Below are positions 17,909-25,437 of a DNA stretch of 32,000 nt, piece by piece. Location: assembly GCA_001761425.1 (NCBI GenBank), contig CP012986.1, positions 300,001-332,000 on the forward strand, written 5' to 3'. The stretch is from Candidatus Saccharimonadota bacterium (lineage in GTDB: Archaea > Nanohalarchaeota > Nanosalinia > Nanosalinales > Nanosalinaceae). A program made the position numbers and the translations under genes. Position 1 is the stretch's first letter, and each line of letters begins with the position of its first letter. The notes under the pieces are model-generated. The model worked only from the letters and a program-made list of their open reading frames with translations, did no database searches and was not told the origin of the DNA.

Positions 17909-18427
17909 ATGACATTAAACCGACAGCAGATGAAAAAGATGATCGAAGAAGAAGGCCTCATACAGAATTATATCCATCTTGAGACACAGCTCACACCTCA
18001 GGGATTCGACCTTACCGTAGACGAAATCCATGAACTCGAAGGCAGCGGGAAACTGGATTTCTCAAACGATGAAAGAGAGATACCTGATTCAAGGCCTATA
18101 GAGCCAGAGAAGAATGAAGGAGATGAGTACGGATGGTGGAAACTGGAGCAGGGAACCTACAAAGTCGTCATGAATGAGAAAGTCGATATACCAAATGACG
18201 TAACAGGCTTCGCCTTTCCAAGAAGCTCTCTGCTCAGGATGGGAGTAACTATCGAAAACGCAGTCTGGGACTCCGGCTTCACGGGCACCGGAAGCTTCAA
18301 ACTCTCCGTAGACAATCCTGAAGGCGTCGAGATCAAAGAAAACGCAAGAGTAAACCAGATAGTCTTTGAAAAGATCAAAGAGGCTGAGAAAGGCTACAGC
18401 GGAAGATACCAGAATAAAAAACTGTAG
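17909..18427 (+). CDS. dut: dUTP diphosphatase (archaeal dCTP deaminase/dUTPase superfamily)
   Basis: 172 aa. It has LTPQGFDLTVDEI, AFPRSSLLRMGV and VWDSGFTGTG, typical of the archaeal DCD-DUT family. Its size fits dUTPase rather than dCTP deaminase. Confidence 0.75.
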   Translation: MTLNRQQMKKMIEEEGLIQNYIHLETQLTPQGFDLTVDEIHELEGSGKLDFSNDEREIPDSRPIEPEKNEGDEYGWWKLEQGTYKVVMNEKVDIPNDVTGFAFPRSSLLRMGVTIENAVWDSGFTGTGSFKLSVDNPEGVEIKENARVNQIVFEKIKEAEKGYSGRYQNKKL

Positions 18428-18442
18428 AGAAAAGGCCTTGAC

Positions 18443-18517
18443 GTGGCAATGATGAAGACTTTAGACATCGTCTGAACTTCGAAAGAGGGATGATGAAGAC
18501 GAACACCTCTGAGCTAC
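18443..18517 (+). ncRNA. C/D box sRNA (2'-O-methylation guide)
   Basis: Layout: gtggc-a-[AUGAUGA C box 18449-55]-16 nt-[CUGA D' 18472-75]-14 nt-[AUGAUGA C' 18490-96]-12 nt-[CUGA D 18509-12]-gctac. The flanks GUGGC/GCUAC form a 5-bp terminal stem with one G-U pair. It starts 16 nt after the dut stop and is followed by cttttcc. Confidence 0.75.
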
Positions 18518-18576
18518 ACCACTGCTTTTCCAGGGCCTAGGTTATTTTTAATAACGGGCAACCGAATTCAGTTTAC

Positions 18577-18939
18577 ATGGCTTCCGAACAGGATCAACTC
18601 TATGTCAAAATAGAAGGCCAGGACACAATCGTAAAAGACCTGGAAACCGTCGAACAGATAGTAGAAAACATCAGAGAGGCCTCCAAAGTCCTGGAGCAGG
18701 CAAGAGAAGTAAGAAAAAGATCTATAGAAAGCATTCAGAACAACGTCAGCCAGCTAAACGGGTCACTGCAAGGCCTCCAGAACTCTCTACCACAGGTAGA
18801 AGACAGTACACAGAAAGAACAAATAGAGGTCGAGGAGACGCCGGAAGTCGAAGCCGAGGTAGACGGCTCCGTTCAGGAACTGCATTCAGAACTGGAGAAC
18901 CTTCAGAAAGAGCTTTCAGACCTGGAAAACATCCAGTAA
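18577..18939 (+). CDS. small acidic coiled-coil protein, function unknown
   Basis: 120 aa with heptad-like E/Q/L-rich sequence. A TATA-like tttttaataa is centred about 28 nt upstream of the ATG. No family recognised. Confidence 0.5.
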   Translation: MASEQDQLYVKIEGQDTIVKDLETVEQIVENIREASKVLEQAREVRKRSIESIQNNVSQLNGSLQGLQNSLPQVEDSTQKEQIEVEETPEVEAEVDGSVQELHSELENLQKELSDLENIQ

Positions 18940-19049
18940 AAAGGCCTCTATCATCCCAGTGTATCGCTTCACGCATCAAAGCAGAAAACTTTACTGTCAG
19001 ACTCATTTACTTATGAGACTATCTCCAACAGAATATCAGTAAACTTCTA

Positions 19050-19238
19050 TGCCGGGGGCAAGATTTGAACTTGCGAACCCCTGCGGGAACGGATATCTCA
19101 GCCACAGCTTTCGCCCTGGAAAGCTTTTACAGCAACTTTACTGTAAAGGAAGCATGAAGCTCTCTCTTGTCAAAGCCCTCTTCCAGAGGAACTAGTTGTT
19201 CTTGAGTCCGTCGCCTTTGGCCACTTGGCTACCCCGGC
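19050..19238 (-). tRNA. tRNA-Leu (anticodon CAA) interrupted by a ~106-nt intron at the canonical 37/38 position
   Basis: The 5' exon is GCCGGGGTAGCCAAGTGGCCAAAGGCGACGGACTCAAG. The 3' exon is ATCCGTTCCCGCAGGGGTTCGCAAGTTCAAATCTTGCCCCCGGCA. It has the long Leu-type variable arm, T-arm GCAAG-TTCAAAT-CTTGC and acceptor GCCGGGG/CCCCGGC. Confidence 0.85.
19095..19200 (-). other. tRNA-Leu intron (bulge-helix-bulge-type splice sites)
   Basis: Anticodon-loop CUCA pairs with intron-3' UGAG to form a 4-bp central helix. It is flanked by 3-nt bulges AG|A and AU|A, placing the cuts after G37 and before A38. The intron contains several internal hairpins. Confidence 0.65.
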
Positions 19239-19301
19239 TTTGAGCCACATTCAGTAAGTTATTGCATAGATTTTTGTACATAGGCCTTCCCCTGGAGAAA
19301 C

Positions 19302-19656
19302 ATGGTTAAACAAGGCGAGCCTCTTCCGAGTTTTGAAGTGGAAAACCATAGAGGTGAAACTGTGTCCTCAGAAAATATCGAAACTGCCTTGATCTATTTC
19401 TGTCAAAGATCTTAGATTTTATCGACTCGCAGAGAATCTCCGATTTTCGAGTACCCGGAAGCGGATACCCTGGGATGCATGGAGGAGGCCTGTAACTTCA
19501 GAGATAGTATATCCCGTCTTCAGAAATTCGGCTTTTTGAAAGAATCTGGTTTCAGAGAGAACAACTTTTTTGGTCAGAGAAGTCAGAGTCCTGAAAGTTT
19601 TCAGAAAAGTGGATCCTGGAAAACGTATTGGTGAGCTTCTTGATTATCTGAATTAG
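19302..19656 (+). pseudogene. bcp: decayed peroxiredoxin (Bcp/thiol peroxidase family) gene
   Basis: MVKQGEPLPSFEVENHRGETVSSENIETALIYF is followed by a 51-nt in-frame segment containing TAG (19413-15). Then comes YPEADTLGCMEEACNFRDSISRLQKFGF, the Bcp-type PxxxTxGCxxEAC active site. The remainder is far too short and changes frame before a C-terminal-like GELLDYLN*. Confidence 0.6.
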
Positions 19657-19659
19657 GCC

Positions 19660-20025
19660 TTAGAACTTTATGCTCTTTCTCATCCCGGCTCTCGAAGGAT
19701 CGGGACTGACAAGCTCGTAGGCATTGTTTTTGACCTCTGCGAACTTCCCGCATTCAGGACATTTGGTATAGCCTTTCTTGCTGTCAACTAATTGTTCACG
19801 GTAACCGCAGGAACACTCAACTCTGGTATCCAGTTCCTCGACGTGTAAATTAATCCTTTCAAGAATAGTCCCACGTGTGAAATGTCCGAACAAGGCCTCA
19901 AACTGCTCCGGCTCACACAGATGATTGTTGACACGTACATGGGCCTCTCCGTTCGTCGAAAGCCTTGACAGGTCCTGCATCAAATTCACGAGTACTGTCC
20001 CTACCTTCTGCATAACTTCGTCCAC
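19660..20025 (-). CDS. HypA/HybF-like zinc-ribbon metallochaperone homolog
   Basis: 121 aa. HypA-like layout: RVNNHLCEPEQFEALFGHFTRGTILERINLHVEE followed by the CSC...CPEC zinc site. The N-terminus is MDE rather than the MHE nickel-binding motif. Confidence 0.5.
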   Translation of the reverse strand: MDEVMQKVGTVLVNLMQDLSRLSTNGEAHVRVNNHLCEPEQFEALFGHFTRGTILERINLHVEELDTRVECSCGYREQLVDSKKGYTKCPECGKFAEVKNNAYELVSPDPSRAGMRKSIKF

Positions 20026-20529
20026 CTCATTCTATTATTGTTCTCCATCACGACTTTCGTATTGGTTGTAATGTAATACAATGTATCATCCTTATTTAAG
20101 TTAACGGTAGAAACCGGTTCAAACCTTGGAAAGTTCACGAAAAACTCAAAACCCAAACAAAGGCCTTAGAGAACTTCCAGACCTCTTGGAAAGAATTAGA
20201 AAACTAACTGGAAAATTGAGGCCTCCGGAAAAACTTGAAACCTGGAAAAAAGCGTTTTGAACTCTTCGATTAAATTACGGGAAAGTTTCAGGCCTTCATA
20301 ATTTACTTGTCCTGAGGTAAATATGTGGTCCGGAGCAAAGGTTTGTTCAGGGATTTCCCTGGATCGATAAACAGAATTTTTTCCCTCAATGAACGACAAA
20401 CGATTCGTTCGAGCGATCTGGAAGCCACGCTGTATAATGGCTTATCCGAAGACCGGAGATCTTCTGGTGTAAGAAAACCTTCGGTTTTCGTGTAGTAGAA
20501 AATCTGTTATTTTCAAACTTTCAGAAGTT

Positions 20530-20551
20530 TTAGCGGGGCGTGGGTTTGAAC
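20530..20551 (-). other. partial duplicate of the 3' end of the initiator tRNA-Met (T-loop to discriminator)
   Basis: tagcggggcgtgggtttgaacc (20530-20551) matches tagcggggcgtggatttgaacc (20611-20632) at 21 of 22 positions. The upstream sequence cannot complete a T-stem and there is no 5' half. Confidence 0.6.
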
Positions 20552-20610
20552 CCGAAGCTCGCAGGAATGGAGCTTCTTACATCAAATCCTGCCTAAAACA
20601 GATTTGATGA

Positions 20611-20685
20611 TAGCGGGGCGTGGATTTGAACCACGGACCTCCGGGTTATGAGCCCGACGAGCACTCCTGGCTGCTCCACCCCGCT
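20611..20685 (-). tRNA. initiator tRNA-Met (anticodon CAU)
   Basis: The minus strand reads AGCGGGGTGGAGCAGCCAGGAGTGCTCGTCGGGCTCATAACCCGGAGGTCCGTGGTTCAAATCCACGCCCCGCTA. The A1:U72 pair and three G:C pairs closing the anticodon stem (GGG/CCC) are archaeal initiator hallmarks. Confidence 0.9.
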
Positions 20686-20710
20686 TTAGGTATGAATTCG
20701 AGAAGTGAAT

Positions 20711-20718
20711 ATTATAAA
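20711..20718 (-). promoter_or_regulatory. TATA box for the initiator tRNA gene
   Basis: The minus strand reads tttataat about 26-33 nt upstream of tRNA position 1. Confidence 0.5.
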
Positions 20719-20807
20719 TGGTGCAGAAGTAGAGGCCTTTCGGTGTCCGGTTAATTATATTCTTGGGGGTTCTAAAGTTATTTGTTGGGAGGTTTTGTAA
20801 GATAGAT

Positions 20808-21464
20808 ATGAAAGTTCTGGGCTTGGATGAAGCGGGTAGGGGTCCTGTGATCGGTTCGATGTTTATCGGCGGTTTTATGGCAGAGGAAATTGATGTCGAG
20901 CTGGAGGATCTTGACGTAAAGGATTCGAAGAAACTTTCCGATAGTAAGAGGGAAGGCCTTCGCTCGGAACTGGGAAGGTACGGTGATGTGTTCCTGAAGG
21001 AGGTTACTGCCTCTGAAGTCGATGAACTTAGAGAGGTCATGAGTCTGAACGAGATCGAGATCCAGGCCTTTGCCGATGTTATTGAGAGGGCGGATCCGGA
21101 TAAAGTTATTATTGATCTCCCGGAGCCTGATGCGGACAGGTTTATCGCAAAGCTGAAACGCGAGCTTCCGGGGAAGTTCTCGGATCGTGAGTTCGTTGCA
21201 GAGCACGAGGCAGATGATGAGTTCCCGATTGTTTCTGCGGCTTCGATCGCTGCAAAGTCTGCGAGAGAGAACCATATCGAAGAACTTCATCAGAAGTATG
21301 GCTACGATTTCAAATCTGGTTATCCACATGACAAGCCGACGATAAAGTTCCTGGAGACATACCTGGGTGAGAAAGGTGAGATGCCTCCTGAGACCAGGAT
21401 GTCATGGAGCACTGCTGAACGTATCGTGAAAGAGAGTTCGCAGAAAGGCCTTGAAGATTTCTAG
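20808..21464 (+). CDS. rnhB: ribonuclease HII
   Basis: MKVLGLDEAGRGPVIGSMFIGG carries the DEAGRG catalytic motif, with a downstream HEADDEFPIVSAASIAAK. ATG 20808 is preferred to the ORF-track start at 20763. Confidence 0.85.
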   Translation: MKVLGLDEAGRGPVIGSMFIGGFMAEEIDVELEDLDVKDSKKLSDSKREGLRSELGRYGDVFLKEVTASEVDELREVMSLNEIEIQAFADVIERADPDKVIIDLPEPDADRFIAKLKRELPGKFSDREFVAEHEADDEFPIVSAASIAAKSARENHIEELHQKYGYDFKSGYPHDKPTIKFLETYLGEKGEMPPETRMSWSTAERIVKESSQKGLEDF

Positions 21465-21482
21465 TATCTTCCTGCGGTTTTG

Positions 21483-21490
21483 TTTAAAAA
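21483..21490 (+). promoter_or_regulatory. candidate TATA box for endA
   Basis: tttaaaaa is centred about 27 nt upstream of ATG 21513. Confidence 0.4.
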
Positions 21491-21512
21491 GTTCTCCAGT
21501 ATTTAATATTTC

Positions 21513-22052
21513 ATGATAGAGGCCTCCTTGGTCGATTCCCAGGTTAAGATATGGGATGAAGACGATGCTGATGAGATCCACGATGAGAAATACTACGGCA
21601 AGAAGATGGAACAAGGAGAGCTTTTGCTTTCTATGTCGGAAGCTCTGCATCTGGTAGACAGAGATGAGATCGTTGTCAAAGACGATGATCAGGAAATGAG
21701 CAGGGAGGAGGCCTTCGAAAAGTTCTGTTCTCTCGACGAAGAGTTTGCTCAGAAGTTCCAGGTTTACAGCGATCTCCGTGAAAGAGGTTATATCGTGAAA
21801 AGCGGTTTCAAGTTCGGTGCTCATTTTAGGGTCTATCCGAGAGGAGTTAATCCCTATGTTGACGGGCCAAAAGATAATAAACAGCATACTCAGTGGGTTG
21901 TACATGCTGTTTCTGAAAACAAGACGATGAGTTTCCAGGAGATGTCACGTGCAGTCCGTTTAGCTAACAATATCCGCGCAACAATGCTTTGGGGCGTAGT
22001 GGACTCTGAAAACGGTGTAACTTACTACGAAGTCGATCACGTCAACCCGTGA
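21513..22052 (+). CDS. endA: tRNA-splicing endonuclease (short, homotetramer-sized form)
   Basis: 179 aa. YSDLRERGYIVKSGFKFGAHFRVYPRG...HTQWVVHAV matches the EndA catalytic C-terminal domain. Its size resembles the alpha4-type enzymes. Confidence 0.85.
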   Translation: MIEASLVDSQVKIWDEDDADEIHDEKYYGKKMEQGELLLSMSEALHLVDRDEIVVKDDDQEMSREEAFEKFCSLDEEFAQKFQVYSDLRERGYIVKSGFKFGAHFRVYPRGVNPYVDGPKDNKQHTQWVVHAVSENKTMSFQEMSRAVRLANNIRATMLWGVVDSENGVTYYEVDHVNP

Positions 22053-22809
22053 GTTCTTCGATCTTTTTCGCCTTGAAACCTAGCTGGCCATTGTATCCTT
22101 CTGTAGACATCAGTACAGGGTAGAAGTCTTCTTTTGCTACAAGTTTCTCTCCGCCTCTTTCAGCGAAGCTTTCGCCTGCTCTCACCTTCTTGAAGTTCTC
22201 TGCGGTGAACTCCCAGTCACCTTCTACAGTATCGAACCGTTTGAAGATACTGGGATCACTTCTCTCGAATTCTCCATCTATTACACCCTGATCTGCCAGG
22301 AAATTTCTGATAACTCCGACAGCATTAGCTTCAGCCTGTTCCGTCTTCTGATAACCGGTCTCCACGACGACAGCATTCGCCTGCTCGTTCAATGCTCCGA
22401 TTCCATCAGGAAAATAAACTGCCTCCTTGACACCTGTGGATCGCATAAGGTCTCTCGTCGTATCGTTCAGATTGGAAAAAGTCGCAAAGGGCTGAGGATA
22501 GGAATGAGTCGTATGCAGATCCAGAACCTTCGTACCCTCGATCTGCTCCATGATCTCCGCAGCAAGACGCTCCTCATAACATTTACTCTCACTGTCGCCG
22601 GGAAAACTCCTGTTTGGATCACACTCGGTAAAACGAACATCTTTCTCCAGAGCTTTCTCATTAGCCACGATAAACTGGACAGGCCTCTCAAACTCAAGGC
22701 CTTCACCAAGCACTGTCTCTATAGCATTCTTGCCCGCAGGCTCATCGCCGTGCAGAGAACCGATAACAGTGAATTCAGGATCACCATCTCCTCTCTTCTC
22801 AACTCTCAT
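22042..22809 (-). CDS. succinylglutamate desuccinylase/aspartoacylase (AstE/AspA) family zinc hydrolase
   Basis: VIGSLHGDEPAGKNAI is the HxxE zinc motif, with a later LDLHTTHS. ATG 22809 (MRVEKRG...) is preferred to 22839. The 3' end overlaps the endA stop by 11 nt (convergent genes). Confidence 0.6.
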   Translation of the reverse strand: MRVEKRGDGDPEFTVIGSLHGDEPAGKNAIETVLGEGLEFERPVQFIVANEKALEKDVRFTECDPNRSFPGDSESKCYEERLAAEIMEQIEGTKVLDLHTTHSYPQPFATFSNLNDTTRDLMRSTGVKEAVYFPDGIGALNEQANAVVVETGYQKTEQAEANAVGVIRNFLADQGVIDGEFERSDPSIFKRFDTVEGDWEFTAENFKKVRAGESFAERGGEKLVAKEDFYPVLMSTEGYNGQLGFKAKKIEELTG

Positions 22810-22871
22810 ACAAAAACAGAAAGCTACGGGAATATTCAAAAATCAAGGCCTCAAAATCAGCGAAGCCTTAT

Positions 22872-23816
22872 CTAGTGGCTTAACGGGTTGAAAACCGATG
22901 TACGTTTCCTGTGCCTGTCTCTCAGCTTTCTCCCGTACCACAGACCTATCAGTAAGCCGGCGAGATGTGCCGAGCTTGCGAAATTCCCGATAACAGGTAA
23001 ACTGTATCCCAGAAGCTTTGCCATAAGATTGAAGGCTTCAAGGCCTCCAAAGGCATAGACTGCGGTCTTAATCTTCATAGGGATGACAAAGTAAAGCAGG
23101 ACTTCCGCTTCCGGATAAAGCATTGCTACTGCTCCGACGAACGCTACTACCGCGCCTGAAGCACCTACTGCAAGGCCTAGAGTATCCATGCTGGCGAATT
23201 GCATGCCGAAAAGAGTTTTGGCAGCGATCTCAGGTCCGTAGATGCTGGAAAGCAGATTCCTGAACCCTACAAATCCGAGACTGGCGACTATACCTGCTCC
23301 GACGTACATTTTCAGCAGTTCTTTTCCTCCAACTGCTTTTTCAACAGGTGTTCCGAAAAAGTAAAACGTTATCATGTTCGCAAGCAGATGAAAAAGGCCT
23401 CCATGCAGAAGCATCACTGTCACCAGTGTCCAGGGCCTGTAGAGGATAGAAACCAGATCAGGATCCAGTACAAGAAGCTGTGAGAACCCCGGGACAAGGT
23501 ACTGCATGAAGAAAGCGATTACTGTTACGAGTATAATGCTTAACGTATAATTTGATTTCAAAGTATTAACTATGCTTTCTCCGAGGCCTGGAGTCCTTCT
23601 GGTTGATGCGGTTACTGTTCGAGTTTCCTGCTCGTCTTTGGATTCTTTTTCCTCGAACCATTTTTCCTTGGACTGTTCTTTTTCTTTCTGGACTTCTTCG
23701 TCAAGGCCTCCGCAGTCGTGGTTCTCAGGGAGTCTGTGTTCTGAGCAGAATTTTTCTCCACAGTAGCGACAGGTAAAGGTCATCGCTTTTTTGCCGCATC
23801 TGGAGCAGTCTCCCAT
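22872..23816 (-). CDS. rhomboid intramembrane serine protease with an N-terminal AN1-type zinc finger
   Basis: The AN1 finger is CSRCGKKAMTFTCRYCGEKFCSEHRLPENHDC. Rhomboid motifs are HGGLFHLLANM, the catalytic GASGAV and AHLAGLLIG. Multiple transmembrane segments are present. Confidence 0.8.
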   Translation of the reverse strand: MGDCSRCGKKAMTFTCRYCGEKFCSEHRLPENHDCGGLDEEVQKEKEQSKEKWFEEKESKDEQETRTVTASTRRTPGLGESIVNTLKSNYTLSIILVTVIAFFMQYLVPGFSQLLVLDPDLVSILYRPWTLVTVMLLHGGLFHLLANMITFYFFGTPVEKAVGGKELLKMYVGAGIVASLGFVGFRNLLSSIYGPEIAAKTLFGMQFASMDTLGLAVGASGAVVAFVGAVAMLYPEAEVLLYFVIPMKIKTAVYAFGGLEAFNLMAKLLGYSLPVIGNFASSAHLAGLLIGLWYGRKLRDRHRKRTSVFNPLSH

Positions 23817-23842
23817 AAATGATGATGATAGCCTAGGTTTTT

Positions 23843-25159
23843 ATGTTTGAACGGGGTGAAGGCCTTCAATCAATCTTAAATTCTGTTCTTATCTATTATG
23901 AAGTTATGTCTACGAACGTAGGGGTATCAGCTGTCGATCCTGAAGGCGATCAGAAGGTTTTGGGCGATAAACTTGTTAGAGAGGCGCGTGAAGATGGAGG
24001 GATAGAAAAAGAAAGCTTCGGTATCCTATTTACTTCCACGGATTTCAACTTCAGATCCCTGGTAAATGAGATTGATGAAGAAATAAACTCTGAATGGGTC
24101 GGAGGCACTACTGTCGCAGAGATGTCCTCGGAAGGCTCAGGTCGAGGTACGGCAGTTTTCATGCTGATCGAATCCGATGAGATATCTTTCGATACCCTGG
24201 AATCGTCCGCCGTCTCAGAAGGCCCAGAAAAAGCAGCTGGGGATGCGGTCTCAGATGTAGAGAGGCTTTTCGAACCTGATAAGAACAGCCTCCTGTTTAC
24301 CCTCGTCCCGGGGTTCACCATACAGAGAAACGGAAGAGAGTTCAAGTTCCTACAGGGCCTGGAAAAAGAACTGGATAAAGATGTGAAGATCAGCGGAGGA
24401 TCGACGGGAGACTCCCACAGACTGAGAGAGAACTACCAGATAGCCAACGGAGAAATATACGCAGATAACGCTGTCATGGCACTCATACAGACAGAGAAAG
24501 AAATCATAACAGGTCAGGCCCATGGATTCAAGGACAGCGTGAGAACAGGAGTCGTGACGCAAGCTGAAGGCCGGATACTCAAGGAGATAAGCGGGAAACC
24601 CGCAGCAGAATTCTACGCAGACGCTATAGGAGAAAAAGTCTCCGAACTAAACAGTATATATGACGCAAAGGCCTTAGAAAAACTCAAGGCAGGCCTCTAC
24701 TATATTTATCTGAAACTCAGGAGAGAAGATCCCAACATGTTTGACCAGGTCCTCAAGTTCTCACTTGAATCAGCTATCGCACAGCAGATCACGCCTGGTA
24801 ACTACAGAATCATCGCACCTCTGGAAGTCAGGGACGGTGGAATAGTGATGATGGACAAGATAAAAGAAGAGGAGACGGTGGATATCCTGGAGACAGACAA
24901 GGAATCGGTCATAGAAGCAGGGAGGAAGGCCTTCGATCAGACAAGTCCCGAGGAAACGCTTTTCGGAATTGTGGCTGACTGCGCAAACAGACATATGATA
25001 CTTGACAGGAACGATAGAGACAGAGAAATAGAGAGAGTTACCGAAAAAATAGGCGAAAACATGATAGGCTTCTACGGAGAAGGAGAGATAGGAGACGGAG
25101 GCCTCGGTATCTGCACTTTCATGAGCCAGACGATAACAGGCTTCGCAGTAAAGAAATAA
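23843..25159 (+). CDS. stand-alone FIST (N+C) domain sensor-like protein
   Basis: FIST_N-like ILFTSTDFNFRSLVNEIDEEINSEWVGGTTVAEMS and FIST_C-like ending IGFYGEGEIGDGG...SQTITGFAV. ATG 23906 (MSTNVG...) is a plausible alternative start. Confidence 0.65.
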   Translation: MFERGEGLQSILNSVLIYYEVMSTNVGVSAVDPEGDQKVLGDKLVREAREDGGIEKESFGILFTSTDFNFRSLVNEIDEEINSEWVGGTTVAEMSSEGSGRGTAVFMLIESDEISFDTLESSAVSEGPEKAAGDAVSDVERLFEPDKNSLLFTLVPGFTIQRNGREFKFLQGLEKELDKDVKISGGSTGDSHRLRENYQIANGEIYADNAVMALIQTEKEIITGQAHGFKDSVRTGVVTQAEGRILKEISGKPAAEFYADAIGEKVSELNSIYDAKALEKLKAGLYYIYLKLRREDPNMFDQVLKFSLESAIAQQITPGNYRIIAPLEVRDGGIVMMDKIKEEETVDILETDKESVIEAGRKAFDQTSPEETLFGIVADCANRHMILDRNDRDREIERVTEKIGENMIGFYGEGEIGDGGLGICTFMSQTITGFAVKK

Positions 25160-25165
25160 ACCTGT

Positions 25166-25417
25166 TCAAACCTTGAAAGAATCTGTAATACCGTCCATGG
25201 AACCAAAACTCTCGTACCACGATTCAGCATAACCTACAGGATCATCAAAGGCCTCCTCACCGCTGTAAAAATCTCTGTAACTAGCTACAAAATAGGCAGC
25301 GCTCTCAAAGTCTTCAAAGTACTTTTCAACCTCTCCAGCATCTTCAAGAACTCCAGAACTATACCTGTCCTCGACACAGCCTTTCTCAATCTCCTCAATT
25401 ATATCTCTTATAGACAT
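25166..25417 (-). CDS. small very acidic protein, function unknown
   Basis: 83 aa with D/E/Y/F-rich composition consistent with the local proteome. No family recognised. Confidence 0.4.
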   Translation of the reverse strand: MSIRDIIEEIEKGCVEDRYSSGVLEDAGEVEKYFEDFESAAYFVASYRDFYSGEEAFDDPVGYAESWYESFGSMDGITDSFKV

Positions 25418-25437
25418 AGATCAAAACACTGGAAAAG

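Noticed and set aside
19537-19549. Exact 13-mer TTGAAAGAATCTG shared with 25173-25185, and related TTGGAA(A)GAAT strings at 20186 and 31121
   Set aside because: Exact 13-mer repeats are expected by chance many times in 32 kb when both strands are considered. One copy lies inside a plausible CDS. This is not enough to call a repeat family.
20196-20399. 67-aa minus-strand ORF in the long non-coding region
   Set aside because: It is non-acidic and has no motif, TATA at the expected distance or start context. I treat it as non-coding pending evidence.
20582-21040. 152-aa minus-strand ORF
   Set aside because: It runs through the initiator tRNA gene and lies antisense to rnhB, and it is Ser-rich low complexity.
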